A stretch of DNA of 52,840 nucleotides from the IMG/VR virus record IMGVR_UViG_2061766007_000220, one strand, 5' to 3'. Below are positions 1 to 8,197 of this stretch, one piece after another. The translations under genes were made by a program, and so were the position numbers. Below the pieces are notes generated by a model. The model searched no databases, was not told the DNA's origin, and saw only the letters and a list, made by a program, of their open reading frames with translations. The stretch's first letter is position 1. Each line of letters opens with the position of its first letter. This DNA is from an uncultured virus (IMG/VR IMGVR_UViG_2061766007_000220). Taxonomy: Duplodnaviria; Heunggongvirae; Uroviricota; Caudoviricetes.

Positions 1-503
1 TATAAGAGGCACGAAGCTGACTGTTGAATGTTTTGTCTTTTCCATGACGATGCACCTCATGCCTTTGCGAACAAGTACCTCTTTTGATTGTGCGTCCTGC
101 TCTGTTGATTTGCTAAATTTGAAGTGATGATTGCTTTTTGTTCCGTAAATCCAGACTTCGGCTTTTTCGATTGTTTTTATTGTCTTTTTTTTGAAAAAAC
201 CTTTGGTCTCAGCTATCGGGAAAAAATCAAGAACGAGGTACCCATCGCACGGAAACGTCATTCTGTCATTGAGCACTCCGTCAAGATAAACTTCTTCGCC
301 GATGTTGTTCGCGACCTCTTCCTTGTTGTCCCAGAACTCCATGTCGTTGTCTGTTATGGCAGCGGTTACAAACGGGAGCTTCGAGATCAGGGTGACGCCG
401 TCGCCGAACTTGAAGCGTGGAACGCTGACGTCGTTGTCGGTTCTGTAGTCACTGTAGACATACCACACGTTTTTCTTTGAGACTTCGTCCGGAAGTTCTG
501 CCC
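1..503 (-). CDS. Partial second allele of the hypothetical protein at 2111-2650
   Basis: Minus frame reads WAELPDEVSKKNVWYVYSDYRTDNDVSVPRFKFGDGVTL...FVPLI, homologous to 2111..2650 but diverged in the 3' half; bounded by an N-gap and the window edge. Confidence 0.8.
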
Positions 504-514
504 ANNNNNNNNNN

Positions 515-672
515 CGCTACATGAGAGAGGACACGGCTTGCGTTTTTGGCGTTCTCTTTCGGGTCTTTAGAAGCGTTCTCTTTTGCGATGATAAAACTGA
601 TAGTCGTATCAGCTACAACTTCACCATTACCGCCCCAAAGATAAGGACACTGATTAGCAAGAAGCATTTTGA
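515..672 (-). CDS. Fragment of an alternative allele of the endolysin N-terminus
   Basis: KMLLANQCPYLWGGNGEVVADTT is nearly identical to 3630-3783; lies between two gaps. Confidence 0.8.
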
Positions 673-683
673 ANNNNNNNNNN

Positions 684-1032
684 CTTGAAGTTTTGCAGCT
701 TTAAGTTCTTTAAAATAACCTCTGTCATATTTACCCCCTTTGGTTAATATTTTCGGATATTCCATAACAAAATCGTACAGATTTGTTACGTCCCATCCAA
801 ATTCAAATTCTTCTTTTAAAAGCCGGTATGCTAACCGCTTTACTGTTTTCCAACGCTTCGCAAATTCTATGCGCTCTGCCTTTACGCCCTCTAAACATTC
901 CCAAGAACACATATACATGGCAGTTCCGTGGGTTTCGGTGCGATCGATGTATGCTTTAAAAGGCCATTCTTCAGCCGTGCATTCTCGGTAAAAGCGTTTG
1001 CCGCAACAAGCGCAATAATTCGCGGTCAACAT
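684..1032 (-). CDS. Hypothetical protein with Cys motifs (3' end lost in gap)
   Basis: ORF 613..1032, CxCCG...CSWEC, overlaps the stop of the upstream gene. Confidence 0.6.
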
Positions 1033-1361
1033 AACCCCTGTAAATGGTCATAGACTTTTTGTCGATCTACAGTCGTGACAAAATAACTTTCCCATCTGTC
1101 AGTAGGAATGTTAAGAAGCCTACACCAAAGTAGAATCTTCTCTACGGAAAATCCGCATTTTCCTTGTAACGTATTGGAAACTGATGCCGGAGAAACCTTT
1201 AGAACTTTAGCAAACTTCGTGTTTGAGCCGTATATTGCTCTTATCTTGTCTGCCAATTCCGGAAGAACGTACCTAGAATCTTCTGCGCGTAATCGCATTC
1301 CATTTTGCCCCCTTTCTTTTGTTGTTGCATTAACAATATCACAATTTGTTTCACTCGTCAA
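1026..1361 (-). CDS. XRE/DUF739-like HTH DNA-binding protein (true start perhaps ~1298)
   Basis: LADKIRAIYGSNTKFAKVLKVSPASVSNTLQGKCGFSVEKILLWCRLLNIP...YF matches the DUF739/HTH pattern. Confidence 0.7.
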   Translation of the reverse strand: MTSETNCDIVNATTKERGQNGMRLRAEDSRYVLPELADKIRAIYGSNTKFAKVLKVSPASVSNTLQGKCGFSVEKILLWCRLLNIPTDRWESYFVTTVDRQKVYDHLQGLC

Positions 1362-1390
1362 TAGTTTTTTAAGAAAAAATTAAAAATCCC

Positions 1391-1537
1391 TCATGCTTTA
1401 CATACACAAGGGATTGGGCCGTGTTGATCTTTATTTTCTTCTTGTTCTCTCCAAACTTTTTCTAACCAAGCTTCATGTATTGGACAAGGATCAAGTTCGT
1501 AACACGCTTCTGCTGCTATTAACATAAATTCATTCAT
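1391..1537 (-). CDS. Small hypothetical protein, 48 aa (MNEFMLIAAEACYELDPCP...)
   Basis: AAAGGAG RBS and an open frame; below the ORF-track length cutoff. Confidence 0.55.
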   Translation of the reverse strand: MNEFMLIAAEACYELDPCPIHEAWLEKVWREQEENKDQHGPIPCVCKA

Positions 1538-1638
1538 GCGTTCTCCTTTAAAATTGGCGCACCCAATTAAGAGTGCGCCTTGTAATCATCTGCCCCTGTA
1601 GGATTCCATGCTTTCGCCATCATCATATNNNNNNNNNN

Positions 1639-1995
1639 GACAACTTCCGAACCCGATCGCCAAGCATCGTAATAGTCACCGTCTATAACAGTAACAACAT
1701 GATTTCCCGTACCTAAAACATATATTCCTTTCGGATGATCGCGGCAGAAGTCCTCTACTGTGTAACAATCGGGGCAAGTATCAGGAATGACGTGCCGAGA
1801 ATAACCCTCGTCTTTCAGATACGCTCCCCAAACATCATTAGCGTTAGGAAGATTTCCAAACATCCGACCATAGTGCGTGAGAATGTCATATGCGTCATAC
1901 CACGGCAAATCTTGTGCTGCGCTTATTGCGCGAACGACACAATCGCCTACCAAACGTCCGTGAGGATTGGGCTGATACTCTTTCCACATACTCAA
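1639..1995 (-). CDS. Conserved phage hypothetical protein (NPxGxxVGDCVVRAI family), interrupted by a gap
   Basis: PNPHGRLVGDCVVRAIS...CPDCYTVEDFCRDHPKGIYVL...HVVTVIDGDYYDAWRSG; AGGAG RBS. Confidence 0.75.
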
Positions 1996-2023
1996 AATCT
2001 CCTTTGCTGATTAAATTTTAGCA

Positions 2024-2057
2024 CAAAAAAAGAACCCCGACTTGCAGGGTTCTTTTT
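2024..2057. terminator. Rho-independent terminator-like hairpin
   Basis: AAAAAAAGAACCC-cgacttgca-GGGTTCTTTTT, with A and T tracts on both sides. Confidence 0.7.
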
Positions 2058-2110
2058 GAGAAAATGGTATAAAAAATGTCAAAATCCGTTAAAAAGCTGT
2101 TATGAAACTG

Positions 2111-2650
2111 TTAAACGAGAGGGATGAAGCGGATTTTTGCCTTGTCCGTTGCATCGACAAATTCGCATCTCATCCCTTTGCGGACAAACACTTCTTTGCT
2201 CTGATCGTCGAGCGTTGTGCTTTTTTTCAAAACAAAACTTTGATCACCGCTTGCTCCGAAGATTCTGACCGCTGCCCTCTCGATTGTTTCAATTCCTTGA
2301 TTGATCCATGTGTCCGGAGCAAATTCGAGAGTAATATATCCGTCTGATGGAAAGATCAGGCTTTTGTTCTTTTCGTTGATTTCAACAATCTCACCGAAGT
2401 GATTGCCTTCAAGATCCGCATGGCCGTCCCAGAACTCCATATCATTGTCGGTAATGGCAGCGGTCACGAACGGAAGCTTTGAGATCATGGTGACACCATC
2501 GCCGAATTTGAAGCGCGGAACGCTGACATCGTTGTCGGTGCGATAGTCTGAATAGACATACCACACGTTTTTCTTTGAGACTTCGTCCGGAAGTTCTGCC
2601 CATTCCTTGACGGTATGGCTTACCGGCATTATGCAACAGTTATTGTCCAT
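2111..2650 (-). CDS. Hypothetical protein with a hyaluronidase-N/Mtd-N-like motif
   Basis: VYSDY...PRFKFGDGVTMISKLPFV motif; GGAGGTG RBS. Confidence 0.6.
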   Translation of the reverse strand: MDNNCCIMPVSHTVKEWAELPDEVSKKNVWYVYSDYRTDNDVSVPRFKFGDGVTMISKLPFVTAAITDNDMEFWDGHADLEGNHFGEIVEINEKNKSLIFPSDGYITLEFAPDTWINQGIETIERAAVRIFGASGDQSFVLKKSTTLDDQSKEVFVRKGMRCEFVDATDKAKIRFIPLV

Positions 2651-2651
2651 G

Positions 2652-2864
2652 TTACACCTCCCAATTTAAGACTTTTGTGATTTTGGTGCGGACTCGGCGC
2701 ATCGTCACAGAAATAGTTGATTCTGAAACATTTAATGTCATCGCAAGTTCAATGTTGGAGCAATCCTTTGCCTTGAGTTCGAAGCATCTGCTCTCGAAGT
2801 CGGTGAAATTGCATTCTTCCCGGAACTTATCAAGTTCGGGCTTTGTAAAATCGCATATCTTCAT
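2652..2864 (-). CDS. LuxR/sigma-region-4-like HTH protein
   Basis: FREECNFTDFESRCFELKAKDCSNIELAMTLNVSESTISVTMRRVRTKI. Confidence 0.75.
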   Translation of the reverse strand: MKICDFTKPELDKFREECNFTDFESRCFELKAKDCSNIELAMTLNVSESTISVTMRRVRTKITKVLNWEV

Positions 2865-2871
2865 TTGCCCC

Positions 2872-3816
2872 TCATTTCTTTATCCATATGAATCCAAGTG
2901 CTTCGGCAGTTTTGCGACCGACTACACCGAAAGAAGCAACGTCAAGGTTAGCGACATTCTGAAATTCCTTAACGGTCTTTTCTGTTTTCGAACCAAAATC
3001 ACCGTCACAATCAACCTTGAATCCGTGAGAACATAAGGCGAATTGAAGCAAACGGACATCTTCGCCCGTCATGTGCGGAGAAGTGAGTTTAAGTCGTCTG
3101 CCGAGATTAAGAGAGTCGAACCAAGAGTAGTGCGCGGCATATTTCCAAGTAGANNNNNNNNNNACCCGTCATGTGCGGAGAAGTGAGTTTAAGCCGCCTG
3201 CCAAGATTAAGAGAGTCGAACCAAGAGTAGTGCGCGGCATATTTCCAAGTAGACAGCTTTGACTGATACATACCCACGTCACGACCTTTGCATTCGATCA
3301 CGTTTCCGTCACCGATATAAAAGCCCACATGGTTTTTGAGGTCACTGTCACCCTTGAATACCAAGTCGCCCTTTTTAGCCTTTTTGACATCAACAGGCTT
3401 GCCAAGAAGATAAAGTCCGTTTGCCGTTCTGTCTCCGTAGAACAATCTGTGTGTGGATAGTCCGTGAATGACCGAACCTGAACAGTCAAAAAACTTTGCC
3501 TTTGATAAGTCAACGCCCGACTTTGCGAGNNNNNNNNNNCGTGTGTGGATAATCCGTGAATGACTGAACCCGAACAGTCAAAAAACTTTGCCTTTGATAA
3601 GTCAACGCCCGACTTTGCGAGTTCTGCTACATGAGCAAGTACACGGCTTGCGTTTTTGGCATTCTCTTTCGGGTCTTTAGAAGCGTTCTCTTTAATGAGA
3701 ATCGTATGGATAGTCGTATCAGCTACAACTTCGCCATTACCGCCCCAAAGATAAGGACACTGATTAGCAAGAAGCATTTTGAACGTAGCCACAACTGCGT
3801 TAACGTCAGCTTTCAC
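2872..3816 (-). CDS. Endolysin: NlpC/P60 catalytic domain plus C-terminal peptidoglycan-binding domain (split by gaps and duplicates)
   Basis: YLWGG, FDCSG, GDLVF...HVGFYIGDGNVIECKG; C-terminal GEDVRLLQFAL...DGDFGSKTEKTVKEFQ; directly after the holin. Confidence 0.9.
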
Positions 3817-3818
3817 GA

Positions 3819-4040
3819 TTACTCACCCTCTTTCTTGTCGTCTTTCTTCTTTGAGAAATAGAACGCATAGATAGCATTGTAACCGCTGATGAACGCCTGA
3901 ATGACGCACATAACGACTCCTGACGTGGGTTCTATCTTGCCGATAAGAGCGAAGATAAGAGTTGTCAGAAAAGCTATGCACATCACGGCTGTTACAGAGA
4001 TTGTCACAATCGACTTCAAGTCCCAATCTTTCTTTTTCAT
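3819..4040 (-). CDS. Holin
   Basis: Two hydrophobic helices, LKSIVT...FYFSKK pattern, charged C-terminus, upstream of the lysin. Confidence 0.8.
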   Translation of the reverse strand: MKKKDWDLKSIVTISVTAVMCIAFLTTLIFALIGKIEPTSGVVMCVIQAFISGYNAIYAFYFSKKKDDKKEGE

Positions 4041-4067
4041 AGGAATACCCCCTTTCAAGATAATACG

Positions 4068-4106
4068 AAAACGCTCACCCCTCTATATCGCAAGAGGGGT
4101 AGGGCG
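4068..4106 (-). terminator. Rho-independent terminator upstream of the lysis cassette
   Basis: Minus strand CGCCCTACCCCTCT-tgcgatat-AGAGGGGTGAGCG-TTTT. Confidence 0.65.
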
Positions 4107-4152
4107 AAATCTCAACCCATGTTACACAAGGATAGTTGGGTGTGGTGTTATG

Positions 4153-4287
4153 GTGTTATCGCCTCACATAGACATTGTTTAATACTTCATCTTCTTCACC
4201 TCTCGGCTCAAACATCACGTTACTCTGCTTTCTTGCGATGGTGCTTATCCTCCTCGGTAAGCAGTGTTTTGGGTGTTATCGCCTCAC
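4153..4287 (-). repeat. Two copies of GTGAGGCGATAACAC (4153-4167, 4273-4287); further copies at 5774-5788 and 34761-34775
   Basis: Exact 15-mer matches read from the sequence; the 34761 copy has one mismatch. Confidence 0.9.
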
Positions 4288-4312
4288 CTTTTTTAATTCC
4301 CTATAGGCTCTG

Positions 4313-4540
4313 TTACTCGCCCTGATTTTGTGCAGGGTGTGAGATAAACTCCTTATAACGATTACCCTCTACGGGGTCAAGGTTTTCATCAACAATCAAA
4401 AGCACGCCTGTAGTCACGCTTGATTCGTTCCAAAGGGTCTTGCAAGCGTCAAAAAACGACACCTTGATTGCTTGTAAACTTGTGTTGGTTGCCAACACCG
4501 CAAAGCTCCCATTTACCACCTTTAATACGCTGTACTTCAT
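4313..4540 (-). CDS. Small tail-fibre-associated protein, allele 1
   Basis: Follows fibre allele 1; GGAGG RBS; same 3' flank as 5881..6114. Confidence 0.65.
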   Translation of the reverse strand: MKYSVLKVVNGSFAVLATNTSLQAIKVSFFDACKTLWNESSVTTGVLLIVDENLDPVEGNRYKEFISHPAQNQGE

Positions 4541-4575
4541 GTTTTTATCCTCCTTTTAATTAGTCAAAATATAAA

Positions 4576-5658
4576 TCAATACCCTGTAACGGGATAAACG
4601 AACGTTATAATTCCACCTGATGTCGGAGAACCCGAAACATAAACATATATATTTGAACCCGAAAATGAGCCATACGTATAATTTATTTTTTCAGCGGGTA
4701 AATTCGGCTCAATCAATCCGACAGCATTTCCTCCTTCGGGTAAATAATTAGCGTCCGTTATTGTTGCAATCTTCGTTGAGTTAGCTAATGCATCAAAAAA
4801 TAGTTGCAAATATACGAAACCGTTACGGCAAATCGCCTTTTGTAGCGATACTCCCGATTCTGTAGACACGGAAAATGAGGACGTGTCTTTGTTCTCTACC
4901 GCTTTAATTTCCGCGCCCACGGTGTCCTCTTTGTAATTCGTGTTAAGGGCGAACGTCGCATTTACCGCAATATCCGCTGTCGCCTTGCAAAACTGACCGT
5001 TAAGGTAGAAAAACGTACCCGCTGTGATGATCGCGCCTGTCGTGTTGGTTGAGCCTGTCGCGTGGATTGTGGATAGATCGTTGCGTTCTGCCTTGTCGTC
5101 CGTCAACTGTTTGTTGGTTTTCGCAAACGGAACGAATGTCGGGTCAAGGATTCGAGCGTCACAAATCATCGGTTTAATCGTGATACCACCTACAGGAAGC
5201 ACCGTTCCGCTTTTTATGATAACAGCAATTTCTATCTGTGTATCTGTTGATATTGTAAAATTGACACCGTTGCCAGTATCATAATATTGCGTACCGCCAA
5301 AATTAACGCGTAAGCAATAGGTTTCTTGTGAACCGCCTACAGGACAGCCCAACAAGGTATAATCTCCCTTTGGCAATACCAATTTATTTGTTGGTATTGT
5401 ATCGGAGTGCATATATAATGCGACAACAGCCGCCGCCGTACCACTTGCGGCTATAATGCCTTTATCATCACTTGTAATTGTTATGCCGTTTTCGCTTTTT
5501 GCTGATTCATAATACGGTAAACTGTTGAGGTTCTTCGCCCCGTACACATTCTCATTCGCCGCGAGGTTGTCAGCGATCAAACGCCCCTGATTTGCGGCCA
5601 GAGCGTCGGTTGTAGATGTTGAGTTGAGAACATCTTTAACGTCTGCTTTAAGCACCAA
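4576..5658 (-). CDS. Tail fibre/receptor-binding protein, alternative C-terminal allele (5' end in gap)
   Basis: Shares LVLKADVKDVLNSTSTTD..ANQGR with 6133..7197, then differs completely (GAKNL..., KPMI..DPTFVPFAKTNKQLT). Confidence 0.8.
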   Translation of the reverse strand: MVLKADVKDVLNSTSTTDALAANQGRLIADNLAANENVYGAKNLNSLPYYESAKSENGITITSDDKGIIAASGTAAAVVALYMHSDTIPTNKLVLPKGDYTLLGCPVGGSQETYCLRVNFGGTQYYDTGNGVNFTISTDTQIEIAVIIKSGTVLPVGGITIKPMICDARILDPTFVPFAKTNKQLTDDKAERNDLSTIHATGSTNTTGAIITAGTFFYLNGQFCKATADIAVNATFALNTNYKEDTVGAEIKAVENKDTSSFSVSTESGVSLQKAICRNGFVYLQLFFDALANSTKIATITDANYLPEGGNAVGLIEPNLPAEKINYTYGSFSGSNIYVYVSGSPTSGGIITFVYPVTGY

Positions 5659-5880
5659 NNNNNNNNNNTATCACGTTACTCTGCTTTCGTGCGATGGTGC
5701 TTATCCTCCTCGGTAAGCAGTGTTGATACCTAATCACACTCATTTCGTACTTGTGTCAGTAGTGATTAAGTTGGTGTTATCGCCTCACCTTAGTTTGTAA
5801 AACCACCGAGTGATTTTCCCAGTGTAGTCCGAAAACATACACCTTTTCCGCTGTGTGATTTTAATTCCCTATAGGCTCTG

Positions 5881-6114
5881 TTACTCGCTCTGTGCGGGTT
5901 CTTCGGGCTTCTGCCACTTCTGAAAGCCCAACACGCCATCCTGTGAGAAAAGAACCGCAACGCTCCAATCAAGGGTAGCGTCCTTTCTGTCGGTTGCGAG
6001 ACGGTCATAAAATGCCGTTTCCGCGTCAAACTGTGAGTTGTACCCTGTGGGTGCTGTTCTGTTTTCTGCCTGTGCGTTTTTGTTGTGCTGAATTGCCGCT
6101 ACATAAAATCTCAT
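5881..6114 (-). CDS. Small tail-fibre-associated protein, allele 2
   Basis: GGAGG RBS; position equivalent to 4313..4540. Confidence 0.65.
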   Translation of the reverse strand: MRFYVAAIQHNKNAQAENRTAPTGYNSQFDAETAFYDRLATDRKDATLDWSVAVLFSQDGVLGFQKWQKPEEPAQSE

Positions 6115-6132
6115 ATTTTTTATCCTCCTTTT

Positions 6133-7197
6133 TTATAAGTCTGCGCTTAAATCAACATAACTGCCCAATGACGACGCGAAACCATAGCCGCAATCTCCCG
6201 CGCCTGTGTAATCTGCCGAGGCATATATAACTTGCACGTCTTTATTTGATACAGAATCAAGTGTTAAGCCTGTCGCCGCATGGTCGCCGTTACTATATAC
6301 AACAAATGTTCCGCTATATGACATTGTAGGTGTTGCTCGCATGGGCACACCGTCTTGATAAACAAAATATGCCGTCGAAGATCTGATTTGACATATACCC
6401 ATAGACGAATATTGTGTGTCCCATATCCTTTTGAAATATCTTCGACACTTGAGCAATTCTGTTGTGTAATTCGGCTCAACATCGTTAGCAAGCGTGCTGA
6501 CCGAGCCAAGTTCGAGTTTTATCGCTCTTGCCGTAATTGTATTGCCTGTTAATGTGACAATACGGAAATTGCAATTTCCATAAGTGTCAACATGTGCTTG
6601 CAACTCACCGCCTGTAATAGCAACAGGACTTAAGCCTGCTGTTGACGGAAATTGCACCGTTCCTTGTTCTATCGTTCCGTCAAAGTGCTTTATGGATAAA
6701 GTAACAGTTTTGCCCTTTAATTCGTCTGTTTCAAATTTTTGTTCAAGAACTGTGTCTGCTGTTGCCGTTAGTGTTGCGCCGCTTGAAGAAATATCGACGG
6801 TTAAAGAACCATAGGGCATGTACCACCTGTCCGCAGTATAATTTCCCGCGGTTGAGTATGACGCCGCCCCTCTCTGATTCACCGTAAAAAACGGATTGTC
6901 GAGGAGGTTTTCGTTGCTCTGACCACTGAAGTTGTCGTCGATGTTACCTTTCAGAACGCGCCCCTGATTAGCGGAAAGAGGGTCTGTTGTAGATGTTGAG
7001 TTGAGAACATCTTTAACGTCTGCTTTAAGCACCAAGTCGCTTAACTTCTTCCCGCTGTCTGCCAAATCTCCTGTAGCCGTAAGTGAAGCGAGGTCATCTG
7101 TGGTTGCGCCTAATACTTTCTTAGCATAACCACTGACATTATCTTTTAAGTCATATTGACTATTATCAGGAAGTTTTACATCAGTTATATTAGCCAT
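6133..7197 (-). CDS. Tail fibre/receptor-binding protein
   Basis: NLLDNPFFTVNQRG...YTADRW...IKLELGSVST...NYTTELLKCRRYF...PMRATPT, a common phage fibre module; position in the tail operon. Confidence 0.8.
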   Translation of the reverse strand: MANITDVKLPDNSQYDLKDNVSGYAKKVLGATTDDLASLTATGDLADSGKKLSDLVLKADVKDVLNSTSTTDPLSANQGRVLKGNIDDNFSGQSNENLLDNPFFTVNQRGAASYSTAGNYTADRWYMPYGSLTVDISSSGATLTATADTVLEQKFETDELKGKTVTLSIKHFDGTIEQGTVQFPSTAGLSPVAITGGELQAHVDTYGNCNFRIVTLTGNTITARAIKLELGSVSTLANDVEPNYTTELLKCRRYFKRIWDTQYSSMGICQIRSSTAYFVYQDGVPMRATPTMSYSGTFVVYSNGDHAATGLTLDSVSNKDVQVIYASADYTGAGDCGYGFASSLGSYVDLSADL

Positions 7198-7210
7198 GAT
7201 TTCTCCTTTC

Positions 7211-7990
7211 TCATGTTGCGTTTGCTATTACAAGCGTTGTCCCTACTACTGATACGGTGTAGTTTCTCAAAAACTCTACACCGAATACAAGCGTTGTCCC
7301 GACTACACTTACACCGTAATTCTGTAAGAGGTCTGCTACGATGTTTTCGCACTCGTCTTTGTAATACTTCGAGTTGTTTTCAAAGTATGTTCCACTTGCA
7401 ACCGGAGTTCCATTCTGTTCTCCTACTGCAAAGCCTTCGGATTTCAAAGCATCTGTTTCAGATGATGAAGCCGCCGCTTCTGCATCTGTTTTGGCGTTCT
7501 CGCAAGCAGTCTTATAGTTGACCTCTAACTCATTCTCTCCGATTGAGTGAGCCTTTACAACTGCCGTAACCACATGGTTTGTAACAGTAAACGCTATCGT
7601 AGCCGAATCCTGAAAGTCGTTTTCCTGAATCAAAGCTGACAAATCGACTTCCTTTGTCGTTCCATCTTCGAGATAGATAATCAGCTTCTGTGTCTGTTCA
7701 TCGAAGTCGAAGTTGATCGCCAACTTTTCAAGGTCGGTATTCAGTGTAAATGAACCACCGCCTTTTTTCGGGAATGTAAACGTACCCGTGTCCTTATCGT
7801 ATGTCGGCTGACCGAACAGGCAATTCGCAACATCTGCCGCGTACATGGCATCATTTCCGATAGTCGTTATCCTCGTATCGTTTGTCTTAATACCCTGTTC
7901 CATGTGATTGAGGTTGTCTGCTTCAAGTGCCGTATCTTGGCTAGGCAGATTCACCCAATTCGTAGGCGTGTAGGCTTCGGAATAACTCAT
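7211..7990 (-). CDS. Minor tail/baseplate protein
   Basis: NWVNLPSQDTALEADNLNHMEQGI and SEGFAVG...YFENNSKYY motifs typical of phage tail proteins. Confidence 0.7.
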   Translation of the reverse strand: MSYSEAYTPTNWVNLPSQDTALEADNLNHMEQGIKTNDTRITTIGNDAMYAADVANCLFGQPTYDKDTGTFTFPKKGGGSFTLNTDLEKLAINFDFDEQTQKLIIYLEDGTTKEVDLSALIQENDFQDSATIAFTVTNHVVTAVVKAHSIGENELEVNYKTACENAKTDAEAAASSSETDALKSEGFAVGEQNGTPVASGTYFENNSKYYKDECENIVADLLQNYGVSVVGTTLVFGVEFLRNYTVSVVGTTLVIANAT

Positions 7991-8175
7991 GTGCTTTCCT
8001 CGCTTTCTGTATTATTCGGTTGCATCTGTTTCATCTGCATCTGTTGTTTCCATGCAGTGTACTTATGCTCCATTTCTGTAGAAATGCTCCGAACTACGAA
8101 TACCTTTGCATCAAAAGGCAGTTCTGCCTTATTGATTATGTTCGCAAGTTCATCGCAAAGCTCTGTAAGTGTCAT
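7987..8175 (-). CDS. Small hypothetical tail-operon protein
   Basis: AAGGGGG RBS; MTLTELCDELANIINKAELPF. Confidence 0.6.
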   Translation of the reverse strand: MTLTELCDELANIINKAELPFDAKVFVVRSISTEMEHKYTAWKQQMQMKQMQPNNTESEEST

Positions 8176-8197
8176 GCTGTTATCCCCCTTTGTGAAA

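Noticed and set aside
4215..4270. Twister-ribozyme-like AACACUGC...GCAGAGU segment
   Set aside because: The conserved P4/L4 GGUNNCAAGCC element is missing; resemblance only
4576..7197. Diversity-generating retroelement or shufflon acting on the tail fibre
   Set aside because: No reverse transcriptase, no TR/VR pair with adenine-specific differences, no invertase or inverted crossover sites
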